39,785 bases of DNA from Intestinibacter sp. GTDB taxonomy: Bacteria > Bacillota > Clostridia > Peptostreptococcales > Peptostreptococcaceae. The notes beneath the pieces were generated by a model. It ran no database searches. It saw only the letters and a program-made list of their open reading frames with translations, and was not told the DNA's origin. The stretch covers positions 1-39,785 of the forward strand of contig NZ_JBJDXL010000531.1 in assembly GCF_051866655.1 (NCBI RefSeq), in the 5' to 3' direction. Positions 26,062 through 35,598 of this stretch are shown here, piece by piece (positions within the stretch are counted from its first letter, which is position 1; each line of letters starts with the position of its first letter). A program made the position numbers and the translations under genes.

Positions 26062-29000
26062 ATGAAGAAAATAAGATTAAATATAGATGACAAAGAAGTT
26101 TTAGGTCTTCCAGGGCAAACTATTTTGGAAGTCGCAAAAGAAAATGATATATTTATCCCAACTCTTTGCTACGATGAAAGAGCAGAAATATATGGTTCTT
26201 GTGGAATATGTGTAGTAGAAGTGGAAGGAAGTCCAAAATTATTTAAAGCATGTGCAACTGAAATATCACCAAATATGGTAGTAAAAACTAATACAAAGAG
26301 AGTTAAAGAATCAAGAAAAACTAACTTAGAATTATTATTATCAAACCATAATGGAGATTGTAAAGCACCATGTGTTCTAGGATGTCCAGCAAACACTGAT
26401 TGCCAAGGATATGTAGGACTTATAGCAAATGGACTTTATGACGAAGCAATTAGATTAGTTAAGGATAAAATTCCTCTACCAGCATCAGTAGGTAGAGTAT
26501 GTCCTCACCCATGTGAAACTAATTGTAGAAGAGGTTTAGTAGAAGAACCTATAGCAATACAAGAATTAAAGAGATTCGTTGGAGATAGAGATTTAGCAAC
26601 TGGTAATCCTTATATACCAGAAGTAGGAGCTCCAACTGGTAAGAAAGTAGCTATAATAGGTGGTGGACCTGCAGGTTTATCAGCAGCTTATTTCTTAGCT
26701 CAAAAAGGTCATGACATAACTATAATCGACGCAATGCCTAAATTAGGTGGTATGCTTCGTTATGGTATACCTGAATATAGATTACCAAAAACAGTTTTAC
26801 AACAAGAAATTGATTTAATAGCTGAAATGGGAGTTAAAATGATACCAAATACAAAAGTTGGTGTAGATATATCTTTTGACTCTGTAAAAAGTAGCTATGA
26901 TGCAGTACTTGTAACAATAGGTGCTTGGTCATCAATAGGAATAAACTGTGAAGGTTCTGATCTTCCAGGAGTTGTTGGTGGTATAGATTTCCTTGAAGAA
27001 GTAGCTAAAGGTAATCCAGTAAACTTAGGTGAAAAAGTAGCCATAGTTGGTGGTGGTAACGTTGCAATGGATGCATGTAGAACTGCTGTAAGAATGGGTG
27101 CTAAACAAGTTTACAATATATACAGAAGAACAATAAAAGAAATGCCAGCTGATGAACTTGAAATAGAAGAAGCTCAAGAAGAAGGCGTAGTATTTGAAAA
27201 CTTAACTAACCCAATAAAAGTAATAGCTGGTGAAGATGGAAGAGTTAGTAAAGTAGAACTTCAAGTTATGAAGTTAGGCGAACCAGACGAAAAAGGTAGA
27301 AGAAGACCAGTTCCAGTAGAAGGTCAAACTAAGATTTTAGATATAGATACATTAATAATCGCTATAGGACAACAAGTAGATGGTAGCGTATTTGATGGAA
27401 TCGAAAAAACTAGAAAGAACTCATTAGTATACGATCCAAAAACTTATATGACTGCAACTAACGGTGTATTCGCTTGTGGTGACTGTGGTAATGATAAGAT
27501 ATCTATAGCTGTTGAATCAATAGCAGATGCTAAAAAAGCTGCAGAATCAATAGATGCTTTCTTACATGGAGCAGAAATAGATTACAGAAAACCTTATGTA
27601 CATGAAAGAGAAGATTTAACTGAAGAATCTTTCGAAGATAGAGAAAAAATCTACAGACCTAAAGTAAAAGAATATGGTCCAGAAGAAAGAAAAGATAACT
27701 TCCTTGAAGTAAATCATGGATATACAGAAGAACAAGCTTTAGCAGATGCTCAAAGATGTTTAGCTTGTGGATGTCAAAAATATCATGAATGTAAATTATT
27801 AGATTACTCTCGTCTTTACGATGTAGAACCAGAAAGATTTGCAGGTGAAAAATCAATTTTACCAATAGAAGATAGCCATCCATACATATTAAGAGATATG
27901 AACAAATGTATCTTATGTGGATTATGCGTAAGAACTTGTGATGAAATCATGGGTGTTGGTGCATTAGGTCTTGTAACTAGAGGATTTGATACAGTAGTTA
28001 AACCTGCTTTAAAACAACCACTAGAAGAAACTAATTGTATATCTTGTGGACAATGTGTATCAGTTTGTCCAACAGGTGCATTACAAGAAAAAACTCATGC
28101 AAACAAAACTGTACCTCTTGCAAAAGAACAAACTCCAACTACTTGTTCATTCTGTTCAGTTGGATGTTCATTAGAATTAAGTACACATGGAAGACTTATC
28201 ATAAAAGCAGATCCAAGCATGGATGGACCTGTAAATGAAGGTTTAGTATGTGGTAGAGGTAAATGGGGATTCGATGCTGGATTAATCGACGATAGACTTG
28301 TAAAACCATCTATAAAAATAAATGGTGAATTAGTAGAAGCTACTTATCATGATGCATTCACTATGGTAGCTAAAAAAGCAGAAGTTATAGCAAGTAAATA
28401 CGGTAAAGATGCAGTAGCTGTATCTATATCTGATAGATATACTAATGAAGAAGCTTATGCAATTAAGAAATTAGCTGATAAATTAGGTGCTAAAACTCTA
28501 TGCTTCGATAATAGAGAAAGTGGATTAAATAAAGTATTAGGCGTAAACGCATCTCCAAATGGTATGCAAGAATTATTAGCAACTGATGTTGTATTAGCTG
28601 TTGGATTTAAAGCAGAAAACAATCCAGTGCTTAACATAAAATTAAAGAAAGCTGCTAAGAATGGCGTTAAAATAATATTTGTAAATCCAAGCGAATATCC
28701 AATAGGAAACTATGGATTTGATGCAGAAGTTGTATATACAAACAACGATATAGCTGCTGTAAAAGAAATAGCAAAAGCTTTAATAGATATGGGTAAAGCT
28801 TCTGATTTAGAAGGATTTGACCAATTTAAAGCATCACTTGAAGATGTAGTTGTATCTGATGAAATAAAAGCTGTAGCAGAAGCATATGCTAATGCTAAGA
28901 AAGCTATGGTAGTATTCCAACAAAATATGGTTACTACAGATGTTGCTAGCTTAATAGCTGAAATAGCTATACTTTCAGGACATATAGGCGGTCCAAGAAA

Positions 29001-29550
29001 TGGTATAGTACAAGTTAAACCTATGTCTAACTCTCAAGGTTTAGTAGATCTTGGAATAACTGCAGGAGCAGAAGCTCTAAATGGAGTTAAAGGATTATTA
29101 TGCTTCGGTGAAGATCCAGATGTAGATTTATCTTCATTAGAATTCTTAATGGTATCAGATACTCATATGACTAAGACTGCAGCAAATGCAGATGTAGTTA
29201 TACCTGCTACAAGCTTTGTAAGTGCTAATGGTACTTTCATAAATACAGATAGAAGATTACAAGCAGTAAATGCAGCTGTAGAAAAAGAAGTAGAAGTTGC
29301 TAACTGGGAAATACCAGGAGCAATAGCAAGTGTTTACGAAGTAGACTTTGGATTTGCAAGTGAAGACGATATAGTAGCAGAATTAAAAGATGTAAATAAA
29401 TTATATGCTGAAGGTAAAGTTGGAGAAAGATTAGGTGGAATATTACAACCAGTAGAACCTAAATTTGTTCATATACCAGATGGACCAATGGTAAGCCCAT
29501 TAAAATCAACAAATAATTTAATGAATAAAATAAATGCTGAATTATTTTAA
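26062..29550 (+). CDS. stnC: NuoG-N / GltD-like FAD-NADPH / Fe-S / degenerate molybdopterin-oxidoreductase fusion (StnC-like)
   Basis: IPTLC [2Fe-2S] domain; GltD motifs CPHPCE, GGGPAG, YGIPEYR, GGGNVAMD, YRR; CILCGLCVRTC, CISCGQCVSVCP, TTCSFCSVGC; short Mo-like tail without an evident Mo-ligand motif; 1162 aa. Confidence 0.8.
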   Translation: MKKIRLNIDDKEVLGLPGQTILEVAKENDIFIPTLCYDERAEIYGSCGICVVEVEGSPKLFKACATEISPNMVVKTNTKRVKESRKTNLELLLSNHNGDCKAPCVLGCPANTDCQGYVGLIANGLYDEAIRLVKDKIPLPASVGRVCPHPCETNCRRGLVEEPIAIQELKRFVGDRDLATGNPYIPEVGAPTGKKVAIIGGGPAGLSAAYFLAQKGHDITIIDAMPKLGGMLRYGIPEYRLPKTVLQQEIDLIAEMGVKMIPNTKVGVDISFDSVKSSYDAVLVTIGAWSSIGINCEGSDLPGVVGGIDFLEEVAKGNPVNLGEKVAIVGGGNVAMDACRTAVRMGAKQVYNIYRRTIKEMPADELEIEEAQEEGVVFENLTNPIKVIAGEDGRVSKVELQVMKLGEPDEKGRRRPVPVEGQTKILDIDTLIIAIGQQVDGSVFDGIEKTRKNSLVYDPKTYMTATNGVFACGDCGNDKISIAVESIADAKKAAESIDAFLHGAEIDYRKPYVHEREDLTEESFEDREKIYRPKVKEYGPEERKDNFLEVNHGYTEEQALADAQRCLACGCQKYHECKLLDYSRLYDVEPERFAGEKSILPIEDSHPYILRDMNKCILCGLCVRTCDEIMGVGALGLVTRGFDTVVKPALKQPLEETNCISCGQCVSVCPTGALQEKTHANKTVPLAKEQTPTTCSFCSVGCSLELSTHGRLIIKADPSMDGPVNEGLVCGRGKWGFDAGLIDDRLVKPSIKINGELVEATYHDAFTMVAKKAEVIASKYGKDAVAVSISDRYTNEEAYAIKKLADKLGAKTLCFDNRESGLNKVLGVNASPNGMQELLATDVVLAVGFKAENNPVLNIKLKKAAKNGVKIIFVNPSEYPIGNYGFDAEVVYTNNDIAAVKEIAKALIDMGKASDLEGFDQFKASLEDVVVSDEIKAVAEAYANAKKAMVVFQQNMVTTDVASLIAEIAILSGHIGGPRNGIVQVKPMSNSQGLVDLGITAGAEALNGVKGLLCFGEDPDVDLSSLEFLMVSDTHMTKTAANADVVIPATSFVSANGTFINTDRRLQAVNAAVEKEVEVANWEIPGAIASVYEVDFGFASEDDIVAELKDVNKLYAEGKVGERLGGILQPVEPKFVHIPDGPMVSPLKSTNNLMNKINAELF

Positions 29551-29689
29551 GGCTTAATATATTAAACATATATTGACTTTATGTAAAATATGTACAATAA
29601 TTAATATGTAGATTAATTTTCTACAAGCATATCTAAAATATAAATTTTGATATGCACTGAAAAAGCCCTAAAATGCAATATCTTTATAT

Positions 29690-29732
29690 AAAATAACATT
29701 ACTTAGATTTTCTAAGTAGTGTTATTTTTTTT
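29690..29732 (+). terminator. Terminator downstream of the stn-like operon
   Basis: AAAATAACATTACTTAGA / TCTAAGTAGTGTTATTTT plus T-run. Confidence 0.8.
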
Positions 29733-29742
29733 CAAAAAAGCC

Positions 29743-29773
29743 TTGACCTTTACGTTGCGTCAATTTATATAAT
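29743..29773 (+). promoter_or_regulatory. MerR-type promoter (19-bp spacer) with dyad operator
   Basis: TTGACC-N19-TATAAT; the spacer contains TACGTTGCGT. Confidence 0.75.
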
Positions 29774-29816
29774 TTATTTATCAATAAATTAGAGGATTTT
29801 AGGAGGTGGTAGTAAA

Positions 29817-30572
29817 ATGGAATATTCAATACAAAGCCTGAGTAAAATGGCAGGAGTAAGTACTAGAACACTTAGATACTACGACGAAATAGGTATTTTA
29901 AAGCCAGCTAGAATGTCTTCATCGGGTTATAGAGTTTATTCTGATAAGGAAGTAGATCTACTCCAGCAAATATTGTTTTATAAAGAGCTTGGAATAGAAT
30001 TAAAGGTAATAAAAGAGATTTTATCATCTCCAGCATTTGATGTTTTGGAGGCTCTATACAGTCATAAGGAAGGTCTTTTAAAAAAAAGAGCTCAGATTGA
30101 TTTATTGATAGAAAATGTAGAAAAGACGATAGATAGTAAAGAGGGGGGCAAGAAAATGGCAAATAAGGATAAATTTAATGGCTTTAAGAAGGAATTAATA
30201 GATAAAAATGAAAAGAAATACGGAAAAGAGATAAGAGAAAAATATGGTGATAAAACAGTAGATGATTCTAATAAAAAGCTAATGAATATGGACGAAGAAA
30301 AATTCGATGAATTTAAAAAGCTTGAAGCTGATATAATAGAAGCTTTAAAATTAGCTATGGATACAGGGAATCCACGTGGTGAACTTGCCATGAAGGCATG
30401 TGAGCTTCATAAGAAATGGCTTGGATACACATGGAATTTTTACTCTAAGGAAGCACATAGAAATTTAGGTGAAATGTATGTGTGTGATGAAAGATTTAAA
30501 AAATACTACGATGATAATAGAGAAGGCATGGCTGAATTTTTAAGAGATGCTTTAGTAGAATTTACTAAGTAA
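29817..30572 (+). CDS. MerR family regulator with TipAS-like domain (Mta/TipA-like)
   Basis: GVSTRTLRYYDEIG, GYRVY, LQQILFYKELG; C-terminal MYV.DERF..YY. Confidence 0.92.
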   Translation: MEYSIQSLSKMAGVSTRTLRYYDEIGILKPARMSSSGYRVYSDKEVDLLQQILFYKELGIELKVIKEILSSPAFDVLEALYSHKEGLLKKRAQIDLLIENVEKTIDSKEGGKKMANKDKFNGFKKELIDKNEKKYGKEIREKYGDKTVDDSNKKLMNMDEEKFDEFKKLEADIIEALKLAMDTGNPRGELAMKACELHKKWLGYTWNFYSKEAHRNLGEMYVCDERFKKYYDDNREGMAEFLRDALVEFTK

Positions 30573-30596
30573 TAAACTTTATAAAAATGACAAAGG

Positions 30597-30628
30597 CTCA
30601 ATATACTATCTGTATATTGAGTTTTTTT
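30597..30628 (+). terminator. Terminator after the merR gene
   Basis: CTCAATATAC / GTATATTGAG plus T7. Confidence 0.8.
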
Positions 30629-30701
30629 GAAATTTTTGCAATATATAAACTAAGTAGTGTACTCTCTATGTTATAATAAACTAGAATAAATTAAAATATT
30701 A

Positions 30702-32036
30702 ATGTTGTGTAAGGGGGCACATACTTTTATTATGCAAGTATCAATTTTATCAATTTCGATCGTAGTTTTAACGATAATAAATATTTTTTTTGTAGAATGT
30801 AGGTATTCATTAACGGCAATAGATGAAAAGGAGTTAAAGAAATCTGAACACGAGAAAGATAATTCCTTAAAAAGGTGTATGAAAATAAAGGAAAAAGAAA
30901 ACAAATTTTTATCTGTATGTCGATTTGCAACTATAATCTCTATTTTAATTATAGGTTTTTTATTGAATGAAGTCTGTAAGGTTATTTTTATAAATTTTGA
31001 AATAAATAACAGTATATTAGAGAAGGTTGTAATAATAGGAATAATAATAGTTATGGGATTATTAGAAGCAATATTGGCGTTTTTTATTCCAAGTGCTTTA
31101 GCTATAAAAAATCCGCAAAAGACGCTTTTGAAAAAATCTCTATTATTGACGGTTTTATATGTATTTATAAGACCATTCTCTGCAATTTCAGATTTTATAG
31201 CAGAGAAAATATGCAAATTATTTAAATGCGATATAAATAGTCTTTTAGATAGAAAAACTTTAAATAATGCAGAAGAATCTATGTCAATTGACGATGAAGA
31301 GGCAGATAAGTATGACATTGATGATAGATTATTTATGGATAATATATATAGCTTTAAGGAAAAACAAATAAGAGAGGTTTTAGTACCTAGAACAGATATG
31401 ATATGTATAGATTTAGACGATAGTGAGGAATACATATTTAACTTAATAAAAGAAGAGGGATATACTAGATATCCAGTATGTGGAAAGGACAAAGACGATT
31501 TACTTGGATTTATACATATTAGAGATCTCTACAATCAAAAGCTTCTTGAAGATAAAGTAGATTTAAGTAAAATTTTGAGAAAAATAACATATGTATCTGA
31601 AACTGAGCTTACAAGTAGGGTTTTGGAAAAGCTTAGAAAAGATAGGGTTCAAATGGCCGTAGTTGTAGATGAATACGGTGGGACATCTGGTATTATCACT
31701 GTTGAAGATATACTTGAGGAGATTGTAGGAGAAATTCAGGATGAATTTGATGATGATGAAGAAGTAGATATCAAAAAATTAGGCGACGGCTCTTATATAG
31801 TTCAAGGTACGACTACAATTACAGATATCAACAGAATTTTAGATATAAATATGGAGAAGGAAGGATTTGACAGCATAGGGGGATGGATATTCTATATGCT
31901 TGGAATGGATATAGAGATAAATCAAAGTGTAGACTTTGATGGATATAGATTTAAGGTAATAGAATTAGATAAATTTAGAGTCGTGAATGTAAAAATAGAG
32001 AAGATAGATGAAGAAGAAAAAGATTGTGTTGAGTAA
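30702..32036 (+). CDS. Hemolysin-family/CNNM (DUF21)-CBS-CorC protein
   Basis: N-terminal TM region, VPRTDM, YTRYPV, VVDEYGGTSGIITVEDILEEIVGEIQDE, CorC domain; start may be ATG 30732. Confidence 0.88.
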   Translation: MLCKGAHTFIMQVSILSISIVVLTIINIFFVECRYSLTAIDEKELKKSEHEKDNSLKRCMKIKEKENKFLSVCRFATIISILIIGFLLNEVCKVIFINFEINNSILEKVVIIGIIIVMGLLEAILAFFIPSALAIKNPQKTLLKKSLLLTVLYVFIRPFSAISDFIAEKICKLFKCDINSLLDRKTLNNAEESMSIDDEEADKYDIDDRLFMDNIYSFKEKQIREVLVPRTDMICIDLDDSEEYIFNLIKEEGYTRYPVCGKDKDDLLGFIHIRDLYNQKLLEDKVDLSKILRKITYVSETELTSRVLEKLRKDRVQMAVVVDEYGGTSGIITVEDILEEIVGEIQDEFDDDEEVDIKKLGDGSYIVQGTTTITDINRILDINMEKEGFDSIGGWIFYMLGMDIEINQSVDFDGYRFKVIELDKFRVVNVKIEKIDEEEKDCVE

Positions 32037-32153
32037 AACTTTAAAATGCGTTTTATTAAAAAAAAATCTAATATAAGTGTACAAAAATTGGATTTAGTTG
32101 TATACTTAAAATAATAGAAAATTATGTGAAGTTTGTAAGCAAAGGGGATAAAA

Positions 32154-33128
32154 ATGAATAAAGTAACTTTAGAAGATGTAAAAAAAGCTAGAGAAGTAGT
32201 TAAAGATGTTATTGAAAAAACACCTATGCTAAGAGGTATAGCTATAAGTAAAAAAACAGGGGCAAATATATACTATAAATGTGAATGCTTCCAAAAAACA
32301 GGGGCTTTTAAAATAAGAGGAGCTTATAATAAAATATCTAGTTTAAGCGAAGAAGAAAAGGCTAAAGGAGTAATAGCAGCTAGCTCTGGTAACCATGCTC
32401 AAGGTGTTGCATTAAGTGCAAAAATGCTAGGATTAGATGCGACTGTAGTAATGCCTACTTGTGCTCCAGAAGCAAAGGTAGCCTCTACTAGAGAAAATGG
32501 AGCAAATGTAGTTTTAGTTGGAGATGTTTTTGATCAAGCATTTGCAGAAGCTAAAAAAATGGAAAAAGAAACAGGAAAAACTTTCCTACATCCATTTGAT
32601 GATCCATACGTAATAGCAGGTCAAGGTACAATAACTCTTGAAATGTACGAAGCTTTAGATGGAAAAATAGATACAATATTATGTCCAATAGGTGGAGGTG
32701 GAGTTTTAGCTGGAACTTTAGTAACTGCTAAGGCTTTAAATCCAAATATAAAGGTTATAGGTATCCAAACTGATAATATGCCATCTATGAAGGCATCTTT
32801 AGATAATGGAGAAGTAACTAGTGCTCATAATGGACCTACATTTGCAGACGGAATAGCAGTTATGAGACCAGGTGAATTAACTTTTTCAATTGTTAAAGAA
32901 TTGGTTGATGATATAATTACTGTTTCAGAAAAAGAAATGGCAGATGCAATTCTTTATCTATTAAAAAATCAAAAAATAGTAGCAGAGGGTGCAGCAGCAA
33001 CTTCTACAGCTGTTTTATTATCTGGGAAATATGTTCCTAAAAAGGATGAAAATGTAGCTTGTATAATAACTGGAGGTAATATTGACCCAGCTATGCTTGT
33101 GAAAATAATCAACGGTGAAGTTAAATAA
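32154..33128 (+). CDS. Threonine/serine dehydratase-family PLP enzyme, short form without ACT domain
   Basis: KCE..QKTGAFK.RG, SSGNHAQG, HPFDD, GQGT, GGGG, GGNID; ends right after the catalytic domain. Confidence 0.9.
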   Translation: MNKVTLEDVKKAREVVKDVIEKTPMLRGIAISKKTGANIYYKCECFQKTGAFKIRGAYNKISSLSEEEKAKGVIAASSGNHAQGVALSAKMLGLDATVVMPTCAPEAKVASTRENGANVVLVGDVFDQAFAEAKKMEKETGKTFLHPFDDPYVIAGQGTITLEMYEALDGKIDTILCPIGGGGVLAGTLVTAKALNPNIKVIGIQTDNMPSMKASLDNGEVTSAHNGPTFADGIAVMRPGELTFSIVKELVDDIITVSEKEMADAILYLLKNQKIVAEGAAATSTAVLLSGKYVPKKDENVACIITGGNIDPAMLVKIINGEVK

Positions 33129-33155
33129 TATAAATTAAAATTATCTTATTAAAAT

Positions 33156-33191
33156 GGCTATAATCTATAAATTTAGATTATAGTCTTTTTT
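33156..33191 (+). terminator. Terminator between the two dehydratase paralogs
   Basis: GGCTATAATCTA / TAGATTATAGTC plus T6. Confidence 0.75.
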
Positions 33192-33521
33192 AATATAATT
33201 TTATAAAAATAAGGGTGTAAATTTAAAAATAAAACGTAAAATAATAAAAAATAAATAAAAAAATTAAATAAAAGAAAGTAAGTAATAGTTTTATTTAATT
33301 TACAAATAATATAAAAAAATCTGAATAAAAGAACTTTTTTTTATCAAAAATTTTTAGTTGAATAATTGTAAAAATATTATATACTTAATATTGGAAATAA
33401 AATTTTACATAGGAAAACCTTTGTAGAGAGGTTTTTCATAATAAGGGTTTTGGGAGTAAGTTAGGTATATAACTTATTGATTTATCTAAAGAAAATATTT
33501 TATGGAAAGACGGTGTATGAA

Positions 33522-34739
33522 ATGTTAAAAGTAAATTTAGAAGATGTAAAAAAAGCTGAAGAGGTATTAAAACCTATTGTCAAAAAAACACCATTACAAG
33601 AAAGTAAAAAGCTTAGTGAAAAAACAGGTGCAAATGTTTATTATAAATGTGAAAACCTACAAAAAACAGGTTCATTCAAAATAAGAGGAGCTTGCAATAA
33701 AATAGCAAATTTAACAGACGAAGAAAAATCTCATGGAGTAATAGCTTCTAGTGCAGGAAACCACGCACAAGGTGTTGCATTAGGTGCTCAAATGACAGGT
33801 ATAAAAGCTACTATAGCTATGCCAGAAACAGCTCCACTAGCTAAAGTAACAGCTACTAAGAGTTATGGTGCAGAAGTTGTATTAAATGGAGCAGTTTACG
33901 ATGATGCTTATGCAAAAGCTGTTGAAATACAAAAAGAAACAGGAGCAACTTTCCTTCATCCATTCAACGACAAATACGTAATAGCAGGACAAGGAACTAT
34001 AGGTCTTGAAATATTCGATCAATTAGATGGAAAAGTTGACACTATATTATGCCCAATCGGTGGTGGTGGAATAATATCAGGTATAGCTGTTGCTGCAAAA
34101 GGATTAAATCCTAATGTAAAAGTTATAGGTGTTCAAACTGATAACATACCATCAATGAAGGTTTCAAAAGAAAATGGTAAAGTAACAACTGCATTTAAAG
34201 AAGCTACTATAGCAGATGGTATAGCAGTTAAAACTCCTGGAGATGTTACTTTTGAAATAATAGATGAATTAGTTGATGAAATAATAACTGTATCTGAAGA
34301 AGAAATATCTAGAGCTATATTATTCTTAATGGAACATCAAAAAGTTGTAGCAGAAGGTGCAGGAGCAGTTTCTACAGCAGCATTAATATCTGGAAAATAT
34401 GTTCCACAAAAAGACGAAAACGTAGTATGTGTAATATCTGGTGGTAACGTAGATGTTAATACTCTATACAGAATAATAGGTGTAGGTCTTGCAGCAGAAG
34501 GTAGACGTTATTCATTCAGCGCAACTATGACTGATAAACCAGGTGGATTCTTAGAATTAATAAGCATAATAAGCAAAAATAACGCTAATATACTTAATGC
34601 TAACCAAACAAGATTATCTTCAGGTGGAGCAATAGGTAAACAATCTGCAGAATTTATAATTGAAACATTTGATCACGATCATATAGCAAAAATAAAAGCT
34701 GATATGAAAGCTGCAGGATTTGATGTAGTAGATTTATAA
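33522..34739 (+). CDS. ilvA: Threonine ammonia-lyase with one C-terminal ACT domain
   Basis: KCENLQKTGSFK, SAGNHAQG, EGAGA, SGGNVD, ACT motif DKPG...ANI; start moved to ATG 33522. Confidence 0.9.
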   Translation: MLKVNLEDVKKAEEVLKPIVKKTPLQESKKLSEKTGANVYYKCENLQKTGSFKIRGACNKIANLTDEEKSHGVIASSAGNHAQGVALGAQMTGIKATIAMPETAPLAKVTATKSYGAEVVLNGAVYDDAYAKAVEIQKETGATFLHPFNDKYVIAGQGTIGLEIFDQLDGKVDTILCPIGGGGIISGIAVAAKGLNPNVKVIGVQTDNIPSMKVSKENGKVTTAFKEATIADGIAVKTPGDVTFEIIDELVDEIITVSEEEISRAILFLMEHQKVVAEGAGAVSTAALISGKYVPQKDENVVCVISGGNVDVNTLYRIIGVGLAAEGRRYSFSATMTDKPGGFLELISIISKNNANILNANQTRLSSGGAIGKQSAEFIIETFDHDHIAKIKADMKAAGFDVVDL

Positions 34740-34764
34740 GAATAAATATTGATTTGTAAATACT

Positions 34765-34802
34765 AGCCCTTTAGATTTATAATTTTAATCTAAAGGGCTT
34801 TT
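34765..34802 (+). terminator. ilvA terminator
   Basis: AGCCCTTTAGATT / AATCTAAAGGGCT plus TTT. Confidence 0.8.
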
Positions 34803-34825
34803 ATAATTTATAAAATAAAAAATTA

Positions 34826-34862
34826 AAGGGATGAACGCAAATTTGATTTGCGACATCCCTTT
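34826..34862 (-). terminator. Terminator of the convergent hypothetical gene
   Basis: AAAGGGATG..CGCAAAT / ATTTGCG.CATCCCTTT hairpin just past the stop. Confidence 0.65.
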
Positions 34863-34866
34863 GTTA

Positions 34867-35598
34867 TTATTGATAGTTCATAGAACTCATAAAGTGATCT
34901 AATTTGAATTTAGGATATATAGGTTTAGCTTTTAATACAACGCTTTCAACTTTGTAGTATTCATATTGTTCAGAACCTTCTACACAGTATTTGTTTATAG
35001 ATAAATCAAACATATCTTCTTTATCTCCGAAATTCATATAGCTTAAGTATTTTTCTTTTATATCAGGATATTTTATAACTAAATCTCTGAAATTCTTTTC
35101 AACTATTCGTAAGTCTTTTATTAAGTCTTTAGTTCTTTCTTCAATTGTTTCATTTACATAGTTAACATCTCTATAGCAATTAGTTAATTCAGCCATAACG
35201 TCATATTGTATAGTTTTTATTTTTCTATTGTAAACTCTAGATAAGAAGAATAAAGCACCTAATTCTTTTTCTACTTCGTTTTCCCCAGATAATAATAATC
35301 TTACAGAAGATAATTCTTCTTTACCGAATATTGTTAATTGAGTCCCTTTGTCGAAAACTAATTTTAATGGGAATTTTAATTCATCTTTTGAAAGTTCTTT
35401 TTTAAGAATACCATCTTCAACAGCTATTATTTTAGAACCTTGATAAATAGCGAAATTTTTTCCGTAATTGTAGTATAAAGTTTTTGTAGGAACTTCGTCA
35501 CCATAGTTAAATAATTTAACATTTCTAATTGTTTTTACTACTTTTCCTTCTGGATTAACGACTGGATAGTAAAAACATTCAAATTTCATGCCACTCAT
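34867..35598 (-). CDS. Hypothetical protein
   Basis: 243-aa ORF with RBS AGGGGG and its own terminator; no recognised motif. Confidence 0.8.
   Translation of the reverse strand: MSGMKFECFYYPVVNPEGKVVKTIRNVKLFNYGDEVPTKTLYYNYGKNFAIYQGSKIIAVEDGILKKELSKDELKFPLKLVFDKGTQLTIFGKEELSSVRLLLSGENEVEKELGALFFLSRVYNRKIKTIQYDVMAELTNCYRDVNYVNETIEERTKDLIKDLRIVEKNFRDLVIKYPDIKEKYLSYMNFGDKEDMFDLSINKYCVEGSEQYEYYKVESVVLKAKPIYPKFKLDHFMSSMNYQ

Noticed and set aside
23724-29550. Respiratory complex I, [FeFe]-hydrogenase or (seleno)formate dehydrogenase
   Set aside because: No membrane Nuo subunits, no H-cluster motifs, no in-frame TGA or evident Mo-ligand motif; the GltD insertion fits Stn.
33410-33478. T-box or other riboswitch upstream of ilvA
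   Set aside because: Only two short hairpins; no T-box sequence, specifier stem or convincing attenuator.
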